A stretch of DNA of 64,000 nt from Burkholderiales bacterium (GTDB lineage Bacteria; Pseudomonadota; Gammaproteobacteria; Burkholderiales; SG8-41). Under the pieces are notes generated by a model. The model had not been told where the DNA came from and did not search any database. It saw nothing but the letters and a program-made list of their open reading frames with translations. Each line of letters opens with the position of its first letter. Within the stretch, counting starts at the first letter, position 1. The position numbers and the translations under genes were made by a program. The stretch is taken from positions 14,436 to 78,435 of the forward strand of contig JAIEPF010000024.1 of the NCBI GenBank assembly GCA_019749945.1, read 5' to 3'. This document shows positions 38,972 through 49,295 of this stretch, in pieces.

Positions 38972-39835
38972 ATGAAAAGACGTGCCGCCACCACCGCAAA
39001 ACACCGCCCCGCCGCCCGCAAGCGTCCCGCACGCGCCGCGAAGCAAGTGCTCCTGGGGGGCGCCGCAAAGCAAGTCCCCTTGAGGGGCGATATCAGTGCC
39101 GCGGAATGGCAGGCCCGAGTCGAACTCGCCGCCGCCTACCGGCTGACCGCGATGATGGGCTGGACCGACATGCTGGGCACGCATATCTCCTGTCGCGTGC
39201 CGGGCACCCGCGACCAGTTCCTGATCAATCCCTACGGCCTGCTGTTCGAGGAGATGACGGCATCCGACCTGATCAAATGCGACATCGAAGGCCGCAAGCT
39301 GTCGGACTCGCCTTACGAAGTGAACTCCGCCGGATTCACCATCCACAGCGCGGTCCACATGGGCAACCATGATGCCGAAGCCGTGATGCATTGCCATACC
39401 CAGTACGGCGTCGCGGTCGCTTCGCAGAAACAGGGGTTGCTGCCGCTGACGCAGATGGCGCTCACCGCGATGTCGCAGGTGCGCTACCACGACTTCGAAG
39501 GCGTGGCCGAAGACCACAACGAACGCGAACGCCTGGTCCGCGACCTCGGCGACGGCAGCATGCTGATCCTGCGCAATCACGGCACGCTGACGGTTGGCTC
39601 GTCCGTCGGCGAAATGTTCGCGCGCATGTTCCGGCTTGAACGCGCCTGCAAGTTCCAGATCACGGCGATGAGCGGCGGCGCCGAACTGAACCGCATCCCG
39701 GAAGAAGTCATCAACCACACCGTGGAACAGGGCGGGATGATTTACGGCAAGGGCGGTCGCGGCGCAGGCGGCAAACTGATGTGGGAAGCCCTGAAGCGCA
39801 AACTCGACAAGGAATCCCCCGGTTACGCCTCCTGA
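38972..39835 (+). CDS. class II aldolase/adducin family protein
   Basis: 287 aa. GWTDMLGTHISCRVPG, IHSAVH, VMHCHT and LRNHG motifs. Confidence 0.8.
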   Translation: MKRRAATTAKHRPAARKRPARAAKQVLLGGAAKQVPLRGDISAAEWQARVELAAAYRLTAMMGWTDMLGTHISCRVPGTRDQFLINPYGLLFEEMTASDLIKCDIEGRKLSDSPYEVNSAGFTIHSAVHMGNHDAEAVMHCHTQYGVAVASQKQGLLPLTQMALTAMSQVRYHDFEGVAEDHNERERLVRDLGDGSMLILRNHGTLTVGSSVGEMFARMFRLERACKFQITAMSGGAELNRIPEEVINHTVEQGGMIYGKGGRGAGGKLMWEALKRKLDKESPGYAS

Positions 39836-39908
39836 AACAGCAAACGCGCAAATTCCTGCGGCACCGGCCTGACCGCCGGCAACCCCGTCTTTTGCAGCAC
39901 GCATCGCC

Positions 39909-41036
39909 TTGAACCCGATTATCGTCGTCACGCTGCTGACCCTCGCCATGCAGGGCGGCCACATGGGCAGCCGCGTCGTGGCCTCCCTGCTCGCCCTGAA
40001 CCTGGGTGCCGGCCCGCTGCTGATCGGCGTCCTGATCGCCTCCTACTCGATATTCCAGCTGGGATTCGCGCTGATTGTCGGACGCATCTCCGATCGTCAC
40101 GGTTCACGCTGGCCGATGCTCGGCGGCACCATGGCGTTCGGCGCCGGGCTCATCATCCCTGCCGTGTGGCCGACATTGCCGGCGCTGTTCATCTCGGCAC
40201 CGCTGATCGGCGTCGGTTTCGTATTTTTCAACGTTGCCGTGCAAAGTCTGGCCGGCACCCTCGGCTCCGCAGCGGAACGCACTCGCAACTTTTCGACGCT
40301 GAGCCTGGGTTATTCCAGCGGCCACATGATCGGCCCGGTCATCGCCGGCGTGATGATCGATCGTTTTGGCTTCGGTTCCGCCTACATCGCCTTTGCCGTC
40401 CTCACGCTGTGTCCGATTCTCACTCTGGCATTGTCGCCGCGACTGGGTGCCAACGGCAACCGCAGCGAGCCGCAAAAGAGCAGCGCTTTCGAATTGATGC
40501 GCCTGCCTTCGCTGCGCCGGATGATCATTGTCAGCGGGCTGGTCACCACCGGCTGGGACCTCTACACGTTTTATGTGCCGATTTACGGCCATTCCATCGG
40601 CCTTTCGGCATCCACCATCGGCGCCATCCTCGGCGCTTTCGCCGCAGCGAGTTTTATTGTCCGGGTGGCGCTGCCGATGCTGACGCGTCGCTACAGCGTG
40701 GAAAGCGTGCTCGCCGCGGCCATGGGCATCGCCGCACTGCTGTTCATCCCGTTCGCCTTCATTGAATATGTGCCGGTGCTGATGGCGCTGTCCTTCGGCA
40801 TCGGCCTGACCCTCGGCGTCAGCCAGCCGCTGACCCTGAATCTGACCTACAACCGCTCCCCTGCGGGGCGTTCCGGGGAGGTCACCGGCCTCCGGCTGAC
40901 CATCAACAACATCACCCATATCGGTGTGCCGCTGGCCGCCGGCTCGGTCGGCGCGTTGCTCGGCATTGCCCCGGTGTTCTGGGCCAGCGCCGCAATCCTG
41001 CTGGTCAGCGGCTGGATGTCCCGCAACGACAAATAA
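39909..41036 (+). CDS. MFS transporter
   Basis: 375 aa (TTG start). GRISDRHGSR loop motif and multiple TM helices. Confidence 0.85.
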   Translation: MNPIIVVTLLTLAMQGGHMGSRVVASLLALNLGAGPLLIGVLIASYSIFQLGFALIVGRISDRHGSRWPMLGGTMAFGAGLIIPAVWPTLPALFISAPLIGVGFVFFNVAVQSLAGTLGSAAERTRNFSTLSLGYSSGHMIGPVIAGVMIDRFGFGSAYIAFAVLTLCPILTLALSPRLGANGNRSEPQKSSAFELMRLPSLRRMIIVSGLVTTGWDLYTFYVPIYGHSIGLSASTIGAILGAFAAASFIVRVALPMLTRRYSVESVLAAAMGIAALLFIPFAFIEYVPVLMALSFGIGLTLGVSQPLTLNLTYNRSPAGRSGEVTGLRLTINNITHIGVPLAAGSVGALLGIAPVFWASAAILLVSGWMSRNDK

Positions 41037-41066
41037 AAACGCCGCCGCGGTCAGCCGCGGCGGCGT
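41030..41066 (-). terminator. rho-independent terminator of the Bug gene (hairpin shared by convergent genes)
   Basis: 12-bp stem ACGCCGCCGCGG / CCGCGGCGGCGT. On the minus strand it is followed by TTTTTATTT. Confidence 0.6.
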
Positions 41067-41105
41067 AATGCCTGATGATGACGGCAAATATCGCCGCCGG
41101 ACTGC

Positions 41106-42089
41106 TTATTTCAACTGGATACCCGCGGCCTTGATGACCTTGCCGTACTTGTCGAGCTCGGTTTTCATCAGTGCCGTCATTTCCGCCGGGGTGTTGGTCA
41201 CCGCGCTGGCGCCGTTTTTCTCGAATTGCGCAGCCATGTCCGGTGAATTGGCGATGGCCACCAGTTCTTTTTGCAGGCGCGACAATACCGCCTTGGGCGT
41301 GCCTTTGGGCGCAAAAAATCCCAGCCACAGCGATACCTCGAATCCCGGATAACCCGACTCCGCGACTGTCGGCACATTGGGCAGCGCCGGCGAACGTTTG
41401 GAAGTCCCCACGGCGATCGGCCGCAAACGTCCGGCCTGGGCATGCGGCAATACCGCCGGCATGCTGCCGAACAGCGCCTGCACCTGTCCGCCAAGTGCGG
41501 CGGCACCCGCCGGGCCGTTGCCGCTGTAGGGGATGTGTACGATGTCCATGCCGGCGGCGCGGTTGAGCATTTCCATCGCCAGTTGCGTGGTCGAGCCGGT
41601 GCCCGCCGAGGCATAGTTCAGCTTGCCTGGCTGCGATTTGGCCAGCGCGACGAACTCCTTGAGGTTGTTGGCCTTGACGCCGGGATGCAGCACCAGCAGG
41701 TACGGCGTGGACGCCACCAGCGTGATGGGCTCGAAATCCTTGACCGGATCGTAATTCACCTTCGCATAGGCGGCGGGCGCGATGACGTGGGTGCTGGTTG
41801 TGCCCATGGTCAGCGTATGGCCATCGGGTGTCGCCTTAGCCGCGATTTCGGTGCCGATGGTGCCGCCGGCGCCGCCGCGGTTGTCAACGATGACCTGCTG
41901 CCCGAGTTTTTCGCCCAGCCGCTGCGCCACCAGACGGGCAATGATGTCGGTGGAGCCGCCCGCCGGGAAGGCCACGATCAAGCGCACGGGTTTTGTCGGG
42001 TACTGGGCAAGTCCGGATGCCGGCATCAAACCGGCGGCAACCAGCAGCGCCCCTGCCACCACGCCTGCAATTTTATTGTTCATGCTCAT
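41106..42089 (-). CDS. Bug family (TctC-like) substrate-binding protein
   Basis: 327 aa. Signal peptide, YPTKPVRLIVAFPAGGSTD and VDNRGGAGG. Confidence 0.9.
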   Translation of the reverse strand: MSMNNKIAGVVAGALLVAAGLMPASGLAQYPTKPVRLIVAFPAGGSTDIIARLVAQRLGEKLGQQVIVDNRGGAGGTIGTEIAAKATPDGHTLTMGTTSTHVIAPAAYAKVNYDPVKDFEPITLVASTPYLLVLHPGVKANNLKEFVALAKSQPGKLNYASAGTGSTTQLAMEMLNRAAGMDIVHIPYSGNGPAGAAALGGQVQALFGSMPAVLPHAQAGRLRPIAVGTSKRSPALPNVPTVAESGYPGFEVSLWLGFFAPKGTPKAVLSRLQKELVAIANSPDMAAQFEKNGASAVTNTPAEMTALMKTELDKYGKVIKAAGIQLK

Positions 42090-42102
42090 TATGGTCTCCT
42101 CA

Positions 42103-42134
42103 CAAAAAAAGCACGCGGCAAAACGCCGCGTGCT
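42103..42134 (-). terminator. rho-independent terminator after tctA
   Basis: Minus strand: AGCACGCGGC-gttt-GCCGCGTGCT followed by TTTTTTT. Confidence 0.65.
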
Positions 42135-42170
42135 TGGTTGTTACGACACAAAGGCCGCTGTTATTGACGA

Positions 42171-43697
42171 CTACAGCGTGGCCGATTCGGCCACCGCCTC
42201 TTCGCGTTTTTTGCGGAAGGACGGCACGATCATGAACGCCAGCAACAGCGCAGTGGCGACCAGGAAGGCCGCACTGATGGGCCGGGTAATGAACACCGTC
42301 GGATCGCCACGCGAGATCAGCAGCGCACGGCGCAGGTTTTCCTCCATCAGCGGGCCAAGCACGAACGCCAGGATCAGCGGCGCCGGTTCACATTTGAGCT
42401 TCATGAAGATGTAACCCAGGATGCCGAACAGGATCGTCATGTAGATGTCGAGATCCAGGTTGTTCACGCTGTACACGCCGATCGCCATGAATACCATGAT
42501 CGCCGGATACAGGAAACGGTACGGCACCTTCAGCAACTTGATCCACAAACCGACCAGCGGCAGATTCAGAATCACCAGCATCGCATTGCCGATCCACATG
42601 CTCGCGATCAGGCCCCAGAACAGGTCGGGGCGCTGGGTCATCACCTGCGGGCCCGGCGCGATCCCCTGGATGGTCAAGGCGCCCAGCAGCAGGGCCATCG
42701 TCGCGCCATGGGGAATACCCAGGGTCAGCGTGGTGATGAAGGCGCACTGCACGGCCGCATTGTTGGCCGATTCAGGGGCCGCAACACCGCGAATGTCGCC
42801 CTTGCCGAAGTTCTCCGGATTTTTGGCCATTTTCTTCTCGACAGCATAGGCCGAAAATGCGCTGATCGTCGGTCCGCCGCCGGGCAGCGTGCCGAAGAAC
42901 GCACCGATCGCCGTGCCGCGCAGGATCGCACCAAAGGAATCCTTCATGTCCTTGGCCGTGGGCATCAGGCCGGTGATTTTCTGGTTCAGGATGTCCCGGC
43001 TCGCAGTATCGGCCTTGTCCTGCAGATTGCTCAGGATTTCAGCAAAACCGAACAGACCCATCGCCACCACCACGAAACTCAAGCCGTCAGCCAGGCCGGA
43101 TGCGCCGAAGGTAAAGCGCGACATGCCGGAATTGACGTCGGTGCCGACAATGCCGACCAGCAGGCCGAGCACGATCATGCAGATCGTTTTCAGCATGCCG
43201 CCGTGTGCCAGCACGGCCGCGGCGATCAGCGCCATGACCATCAGCGAGAAATATTCGGGGGCACCGAATTTCAGCGCAATTTCAGCGAGCGGCGGTCCGA
43301 CCAGCGCCACCAGGATGGTGCCGACGGTGCCTGCGAAAAACGAGCCGATCGCGGCAATGGCCAGCGCCGGGCCGGCCCGGCCGATACGCGCCATCGCATA
43401 ACCGTCCATGCAGGTGACCACTGAAGCCGATTCACCCGGCAGGTTCACCAGGATGGCCGTCGTTGAACCGCCATACTGCGTGCCGTAATAAATGCCCGAC
43501 AGCATGATGATGGCGCCGACCGCGTCCAGGTTGAAGGTCAGAGGCAGCAGCATCGCCACCGCAGCCACCGGGCCGATGCCCGGCAATACACCGATCAGCG
43601 TGCCGACCAGCACACCGATGAAGCAATAGAACAGGTTGATTGGTGAAACCGCTGTAGAGAACCCCAGCGCGAGGTTTTGGATGATGTCGGTTTCCAT
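42171..43697 (-). CDS. tctA: tripartite tricarboxylate transporter large permease TctA
   Basis: 508 aa from the ATG at 43697 (GGAG upstream, 1 nt after the tctB stop). Typical TctA N-terminus LGFSTA...GVLVGTLIGVLPGIGP. Confidence 0.9.
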   Translation of the reverse strand: METDIIQNLALGFSTAVSPINLFYCFIGVLVGTLIGVLPGIGPVAAVAMLLPLTFNLDAVGAIIMLSGIYYGTQYGGSTTAILVNLPGESASVVTCMDGYAMARIGRAGPALAIAAIGSFFAGTVGTILVALVGPPLAEIALKFGAPEYFSLMVMALIAAAVLAHGGMLKTICMIVLGLLVGIVGTDVNSGMSRFTFGASGLADGLSFVVVAMGLFGFAEILSNLQDKADTASRDILNQKITGLMPTAKDMKDSFGAILRGTAIGAFFGTLPGGGPTISAFSAYAVEKKMAKNPENFGKGDIRGVAAPESANNAAVQCAFITTLTLGIPHGATMALLLGALTIQGIAPGPQVMTQRPDLFWGLIASMWIGNAMLVILNLPLVGLWIKLLKVPYRFLYPAIMVFMAIGVYSVNNLDLDIYMTILFGILGYIFMKLKCEPAPLILAFVLGPLMEENLRRALLISRGDPTVFITRPISAAFLVATALLLAFMIVPSFRKKREEAVAESATL

Positions 43698-43698
43698 G

Positions 43699-44145
43699 TT
43701 ATCTCCACCAGAACAGCGGGAACGGCAGTTCGATGCCGTAGATGAAAATGCCGACCGCACCTGCGATCAGCACAACGGTCATGATCAGCACTTCGACGAC
43801 CTTGAAGGTCTGGCCGGCGGCCGCGGTAATCACCGAGAGCAGGAACAGCGCCGGAATGAATCCGATGTGATCCACGCCCCAGCCGAAGGCCAGGAAGCCC
43901 GCGCTGAGCAAGATCATCGGTTTCCATGCGAACGGTGTGACCTTCGGGCCTTCCGTCTTCAGTGCCATCACTGCCACGATGGTGCCGAGCAGCAGCATGA
44001 TCGCGCCCAGCCAGGTGGGGAAATATCCCGGTCCCATGCGGCTCGCCGTACCCATCGGGTAATCGGTCGACAGCCATATGGCCAAGGCTCCGAAGCCGGC
44101 GAACATCATGCCGGCCCAGAAATCTTCCTGATTCTTGATCTTCAA
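43699..44145 (-). CDS. tctB: tripartite tricarboxylate transporter small subunit TctB
   Basis: 148 aa with four TM helices and a GPGYFP motif. Confidence 0.85.
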   Translation of the reverse strand: MKIKNQEDFWAGMMFAGFGALAIWLSTDYPMGTASRMGPGYFPTWLGAIMLLLGTIVAVMALKTEGPKVTPFAWKPMILLSAGFLAFGWGVDHIGFIPALFLLSVITAAAGQTFKVVEVLIMTVVLIAGAVGIFIYGIELPFPLFWWR

Positions 44146-44728
44146 CTGAACTCCCTCCTGATTTCAAAAACAAGACACTGGAACGAGCCACACTTCCAGT
44201 CCGGTGTGCGGTACACCTGCTTCCACGCAATTAATTAAGGACTGGACTGCAGCAGCAGCCGGGTGCTGCTTTTCCCCCTCTGCTTATACGAATTACATTC
44301 AAGTAGTTATTAAGTATTAGCGCTTACGTATGTGTACTTACACATTACGGAACCGGACTTTACACGAAGCCCTTACTCAAACAAAGCTTTTTTGCCCCTG
44401 TCATGGTGCGGCGCACAACGTATTCCCGGGTGCAGATCGACACCGTTGCACGACGCAGAATTTGATTGCGGAAGCCGCAAATGCGGAGGCATTTATAGGG
44501 CGCAGTACTTGCGCAAGACTTACGCAAGCTTGCACATAACTGAATACAAACACTGCATACAAAATTGCACGTATGCAGTGCATCGGATGCAGCGTCCCAC
44601 CCCGAAAATCGCGGGACCATCCTTGAATGCTCGATTTGAAGGAGGGCGACGCGCCCTAATGGTGCACCCGCAAACGGTCTGCGTAACAATTCATCAGGCT
44701 GTCAGGAGCATCCTGAACCAGGGCGAGC

Positions 44729-45733
44729 TTACTCCATCATCTCCACACGTCTGGTCTTGATCAACATGCTCAGTTTATCGGCTTCATTCTTGATGAAGGC
44801 GCCAAACTCTTCAGGAGTGCCGCCGGCCTTGACCAGACCCAGCTGGTCCAGGCGCGCCTGCACATCAGGCATTTGCAGAACCCGGTTCATCTCGGCATTC
44901 AGTTTGTTGATGATGGGACGCGGCGTTTTCGCCGACACCTGGACGCCGAACCAGACTGTCGCCTCGGCATTCTTGATGCCCTCCTCCAGCAATGTCGGTA
45001 CGTTGGGCAACACTGCCTGGCGAGTGGGGGCCGCCACGGCCAGCACCTTGACCCGGCCGGACTTGATCTGCGCATCGGCGCTGACCACGGTTGTATGCAT
45101 CACATCGACGCGACCGCTCATGACATCGGTCAATGCAGCTGCCGACCCTTTATACGGTACATGCACGATATCGAGGCCGGTGGCCGCCGCAAACAAGGCG
45201 AGGCCGATGTGCAGGCTGCTGCCGTTACCCGAGGAGGCCCAGGTCAGCTTGCCGGGATTGGCCTTGGCATAGGCGACCAGCTCCCGCCCGTTGTTGGCGA
45301 CGAATTTGGGATTGGCCAGGATCAGCAGCGGCGAGTAACCGATGAACATGACCGGTGCAAAATCGTTGAGCTGGTACGGTGACTTGCGCCGCATGATGAT
45401 GTTGTTGACGCTGGGGCCCGGATTGGCGTGCAGCAGGGTATGGCCGTCGGGCGAAGCCTCCGCGGCGAGTTGCGCGCCGATCGAACCGCCCGCACCGGGC
45501 CGGTTGTCTATGACAAACTGCTGGCCCATGGACTCGGACATCTTGTGTGCAAACAGGCGCGCGGTGATGTCGTTGGATGCGCCCGGCGGAAAGGGCACGA
45601 TCCAGCGCACCGGCTTGCTCGGGTAGGTCGCCGCCGTATTTTGCGTCAGCTCTTTTTTTTGCGCGACCGCTGCCGGGGCATGCACGGCTGCCAGACCGGC
45701 TGCCATGGCAAGCAGGGTCAAGGTTGTTTTCAT
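44729..45733 (-). CDS. tctC: Bug family / TctC substrate-binding protein
   Basis: 334 aa. Signal peptide, YPSKPVRWIVPFPPGASND and IDNRPGAGG. Sits upstream of tctBA. Confidence 0.85.
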   Translation of the reverse strand: MKTTLTLLAMAAGLAAVHAPAAVAQKKELTQNTAATYPSKPVRWIVPFPPGASNDITARLFAHKMSESMGQQFVIDNRPGAGGSIGAQLAAEASPDGHTLLHANPGPSVNNIIMRRKSPYQLNDFAPVMFIGYSPLLILANPKFVANNGRELVAYAKANPGKLTWASSGNGSSLHIGLALFAAATGLDIVHVPYKGSAAALTDVMSGRVDVMHTTVVSADAQIKSGRVKVLAVAAPTRQAVLPNVPTLLEEGIKNAEATVWFGVQVSAKTPRPIINKLNAEMNRVLQMPDVQARLDQLGLVKAGGTPEEFGAFIKNEADKLSMLIKTRRVEMME

Positions 45734-45801
45734 GACATCTCCTCCTTCTTTGTTGTAATCAAACCAATCCTACAGCAACCGCCTTGTTCCCGGACGTCCC
45801 C

Positions 45802-46782
45802 TCAGGACCGCCCGCCCAGCACCTCCGGATTGATCATATTGACCGGCTTGCCGGCGGCGTAGGCCAGGATCTGGTCAAAAATGCTGCTGAAAATGCGCTC
45901 GTAACCCCCGCGCTCGACATAACCGATATGCGGTGTGCACACCGCATTGTCCAGCGCCAGCAGCGGGTGGCTCGCGCCGAGAACGGGTTCATCCTCGAAG
46001 ACATCGACCGCGGCCATGCCCGGCCGGCCGAGTTTGAGCGCTTTTTCCAGCGCGCCTGCCTCGATCAGGCCGGCACGGCTGGTATTGACCATCAGCGCCG
46101 TCGGTTTCATCCGCGCCAGATCCGCCGCCGAGACGATGCCGCGGGTGGCATCGATCAGGCGCAGGTGCAGCGTGATGACATCACTCTCCTCAAAAAACGC
46201 TTCCTTGCTGCGCGCTGCCGCGTAACCATCGGCTCGCGCCCGCTCCAGCGACGCTTCGCGCGCCCACACCAGCACCTTCATGCCGAAGGCCTTGCCGTAG
46301 CCTGCCACCACCGCACCGATGCGGCCGTAGCCGTAGATGCCCAGCGTCTTGCCGCGCAGACCGTAACCCACCGTCGACTGCCAGCGCCCCGCTTTGAGTG
46401 CTGCGACTTCCTGCGGAATGTTGCGCATCGCCGCGATGATCAGTCCCCAGGTCAGTTCCGCCGTCGCGTGCGAGGGCTGGCCCGGATGCAGGTTGCTGCA
46501 AAGCAGGATGCCCTGTCTGGTCAGCGCATCGACATCGACATGCGGGTACACGCTGTGGTGGCTCAGCAGTTTCAGTTTGGGCAGGCGCGCGATCAGCGGC
46601 GCGCGGATCGGCGTGCGTTCGCGGATCATCACCAGTGCTTCGGTGTCCTGCAGGCGTTGGGCCAGCGTATCGACATCCTTGGTGTGGTCGTTCCACACCG
46701 TCACCTCATGGCCCTGCAGTTTCTTGAAGCAGTCGAGCGTGCGCACGACATCCTGATAGTCATCGAGTATTGCGATTTTCAT
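45802..46782 (-). CDS. D-2-hydroxyacid dehydrogenase family protein
   Basis: MKIAILDDY..., [17 protein letters not shown] and TPHIGY. Confidence 0.85.
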   Translation of the reverse strand: MKIAILDDYQDVVRTLDCFKKLQGHEVTVWNDHTKDVDTLAQRLQDTEALVMIRERTPIRAPLIARLPKLKLLSHHSVYPHVDVDALTRQGILLCSNLHPGQPSHATAELTWGLIIAAMRNIPQEVAALKAGRWQSTVGYGLRGKTLGIYGYGRIGAVVAGYGKAFGMKVLVWAREASLERARADGYAAARSKEAFFEESDVITLHLRLIDATRGIVSAADLARMKPTALMVNTSRAGLIEAGALEKALKLGRPGMAAVDVFEDEPVLGASHPLLALDNAVCTPHIGYVERGGYERIFSSIFDQILAYAAGKPVNMINPEVLGGRS

Positions 46783-46796
46783 GCTTCCCATTCCCG

Positions 46797-46834
46797 TATA
46801 TTATGTAACGTATTGTTTTTATTAATTATTTTAA
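46797..46834 (-). repeat. AT-rich dispersed element, copy E5
   Basis: tatattatgtaacgtattgtttttattaattattttaa carries the exact core attgtttttatt. Overlaps the last two codons and stop of the lyase gene and ends 6-15 nt before the next ATG. Confidence 0.8.
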
Positions 46835-48190
46835 CCAGCCGCTGGCGCGCTGCGCGTGCACGACTTCATCGACGATCTCCGGCGCGCGGCCGACATAGGT
46901 GGTCGGGTCGAGCGCCGCCTTCAATTCATCCGAAGTCAGCGCCGCCTTGACCTGCGCGTTCTGCATCAGCGCGCTCTCGAACGACACACCGTTCTCGATG
47001 CCGTGCATCGAGGCTTCGTAAACAAGGTCATGCGCCGTTTGTTTGCCGACCTTGTCCGACAGCACGAACATCACGCGCTCCGACAGCAGGAAACCGCCGA
47101 GACGGTCGAGATTCAGGCGCATCTGCTTCACATCGACATGCAGATCGCTCAGCACGTATTTCATCATCGCCAGCAGGCCGCCGGCCATCAGGCAGGATTC
47201 CGGAATCGCCTTCCATTCACCGCGCCAGCCCGAGCCGTCACGCTCGTGTTCGGTGACCATGCACTCCAGCATGAATGACGCGTTGTAACGCAAGGCGCGG
47301 CTGACGCCGACCACCGCCTCGCAGGTAGAGGGATTGCGTTTGTGCGGCATGGTCGATGAACCGACCTTGCCGGCGCTGAAGGGTTCAAACAATTCGCCGA
47401 TTTCGGTGTGTTCTAGATTGACGATCTCGTTGGCGATCTTGCCCAGTGTCGCGCTGATCAGGCCCAGCACATTGACGTATTCGGCAAAACGGTCGCGCGC
47501 CGGCTGCCAGTTGATGTCGGCCACACCCAGCCCCAGCCGCTTCATCAGACGTTTTTCCAGCTCCCTGGCCTGAGGACCGAACGAGGCCTGGGTGCCGACC
47601 GCCCCGACCATGCCGCCGACGAACATCCGCGGCTCGAGCTGGCGCAGCCGCTCGTAGTGCCGCCCCATTTCCGACAGCCAGATCGCGGCCTTGTGGCCGA
47701 AGGTGATCGGCAAGGCCTGAACGCCATGCGAGCGCCCCACCATCGGTGTCGCACGGTGCTCTTCGGCGAGTCTGGCCAGCGCATTGCCGATGGCCTTCAT
47801 GTCGCGCAGGTAAATCGCATGTGCATCCCTGATCTGCAGCATGGTGGCGGTGTCGAGCACGTCCTGCGTGGTCGGCCCGAAATGGATGTACTCGCCGTGT
47901 TCGGGTTTGCACAGCTTCTGCACCGCCTTCACCGCGGGCACCAGCGGATGCTTGATGCGACGGATCTCGGCGGCCACGGCGTTGATGTCGATTTTCGAGA
48001 TTTTGCAGTTGGCGGCGATTTCCTCGGCTGCCGCCTTGGGGATGATGCCCAGCGCCGCCTGTTCCAGCGCCAGCGCCGCCTCGAAATCCAGCCATTTCTG
48101 CACGCGGTTGTGCTCGTTGAATATGCCGCGCAGCTCCTCGGTGCTCCACAGGTGCTGAATCAGTGCGTCGTCAAATACTCCGGATGCCAT
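46826..48190 (-). CDS. class II fumarase/aspartase superfamily lyase (adenylosuccinate lyase / carboxymuconate cycloisomerase-like)
   Basis: 454 aa. HFGPTTQD and GSSTMPHKRNP signature. Confidence 0.85.
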   Translation of the reverse strand: MASGVFDDALIQHLWSTEELRGIFNEHNRVQKWLDFEAALALEQAALGIIPKAAAEEIAANCKISKIDINAVAAEIRRIKHPLVPAVKAVQKLCKPEHGEYIHFGPTTQDVLDTATMLQIRDAHAIYLRDMKAIGNALARLAEEHRATPMVGRSHGVQALPITFGHKAAIWLSEMGRHYERLRQLEPRMFVGGMVGAVGTQASFGPQARELEKRLMKRLGLGVADINWQPARDRFAEYVNVLGLISATLGKIANEIVNLEHTEIGELFEPFSAGKVGSSTMPHKRNPSTCEAVVGVSRALRYNASFMLECMVTEHERDGSGWRGEWKAIPESCLMAGGLLAMMKYVLSDLHVDVKQMRLNLDRLGGFLLSERVMFVLSDKVGKQTAHDLVYEASMHGIENGVSFESALMQNAQVKAALTSDELKAALDPTTYVGRAPEIVDEVVHAQRASGWLK

Positions 48191-48217
48191 TGCAGACTCC
48201 TCCAGTGAATTATTCAG

Positions 48218-49150
48218 TCAGGCGGCCAGCGCGCGGTTTTCAGGCATGTTCATGAACGATTCCATCGCATGCCAGAACTTGTGGCGGTTGATGCCCAGCG
48301 TCGCCGCATGGGCCAACCCCGATACGAACACGAACTGCTTGTCCTTGCACGGGAGCCTGCCGAAGAAGTTCAGCAGATCCGGCTCGGCAGCAATGCCGTC
48401 GAATTCGCCACGGATGATGCACACCGGACAGGTGATTTTTGCCGGATCGATCACCGGCAGGTTGGCACACATGTCAAGGTAAGTCCCGGTCGGCACCGAA
48501 TCACCCAGCGGCAATTCGGCGTCGGCCAATGCATCAGCGGCGATCATTTCCGAAGTGCCGGGCTTGTCGCGGGTGAACATGCTGTGGATGAATGCGCGAT
48601 CGACCTTGCGCCGCGGGCTGGCGCGGTATTCTTCAACCTTCTCGCGGCGCTTGGCCAGTGTCGGCGAACCCTCACCGGTGTAGACCAGTGCCGACACCAT
48701 CAGTCGTTTGACGCGACCCGGATTCTGCTGCGCATACAGGGCCGCGCGCAGCGCGCCCGACGAACCGCCGTACATGTACACCTCGCGCGCGCCGGTTTCA
48801 CGTTCAACGATCTGCATCGCCGCGGCCAGATCCTGGGCGCCGGACGCAATATTGGAATTGCTGTCGGTGCGGTCGGAGCGGCCGTAGCCTTCATGGTCCA
48901 CCGTCCATACGTCGTAACCCAGGCCGGCAAAGTGGTCCATCAGCGAATAATCATCGCGTCCCGGCACATGGAGATCGAAACTCGAGCGCCCCGATGCCGA
49001 TGAGCCGTGCACCAGGAACAGCACCGGTGCACCTTTTGCCGCAGTCGCAGCACGTTTGCGATACACATACAGTTTGACGCTGCTCCGTTTTTCGGTACCT
49101 TTGTGTGCCTGATATTCCGCGCTGGTGATTTTTGCCTGTGTTGCGGCCAT
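48218..49150 (-). CDS. alpha/beta hydrolase
   Basis: 310 aa from the ATG at 49150 (GGAG upstream). LVHGSSASG and the nucleophile elbow YGGSSGA. Confidence 0.8.
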   Translation of the reverse strand: MAATQAKITSAEYQAHKGTEKRSSVKLYVYRKRAATAAKGAPVLFLVHGSSASGRSSFDLHVPGRDDYSLMDHFAGLGYDVWTVDHEGYGRSDRTDSNSNIASGAQDLAAAMQIVERETGAREVYMYGGSSGALRAALYAQQNPGRVKRLMVSALVYTGEGSPTLAKRREKVEEYRASPRRKVDRAFIHSMFTRDKPGTSEMIAADALADAELPLGDSVPTGTYLDMCANLPVIDPAKITCPVCIIRGEFDGIAAEPDLLNFFGRLPCKDKQFVFVSGLAHAATLGINRHKFWHAMESFMNMPENRALAA

Positions 49151-49295
49151 GCCCTGCTCCACGAATTGAAATGAGTCGCGATTATCGCACCGCGGGCCGA
49201 CAGGGCCCATGGCAGTCCGAATACTGGTCACAGTGCAGTTCGGCCGGCAAAAATCAGGGTGTAAACTTTCGCCACACCCCGCTCCGGAGCGCCAC

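Noticed and set aside
44332-44760. 142-aa and 69-aa ORFs inside the tctC-tctB spacer
   Set aside because: No SD and no GC3 bias. The translations are rich in Cys, His and Thr with no motif. The region looks regulatory or structural rather than coding.
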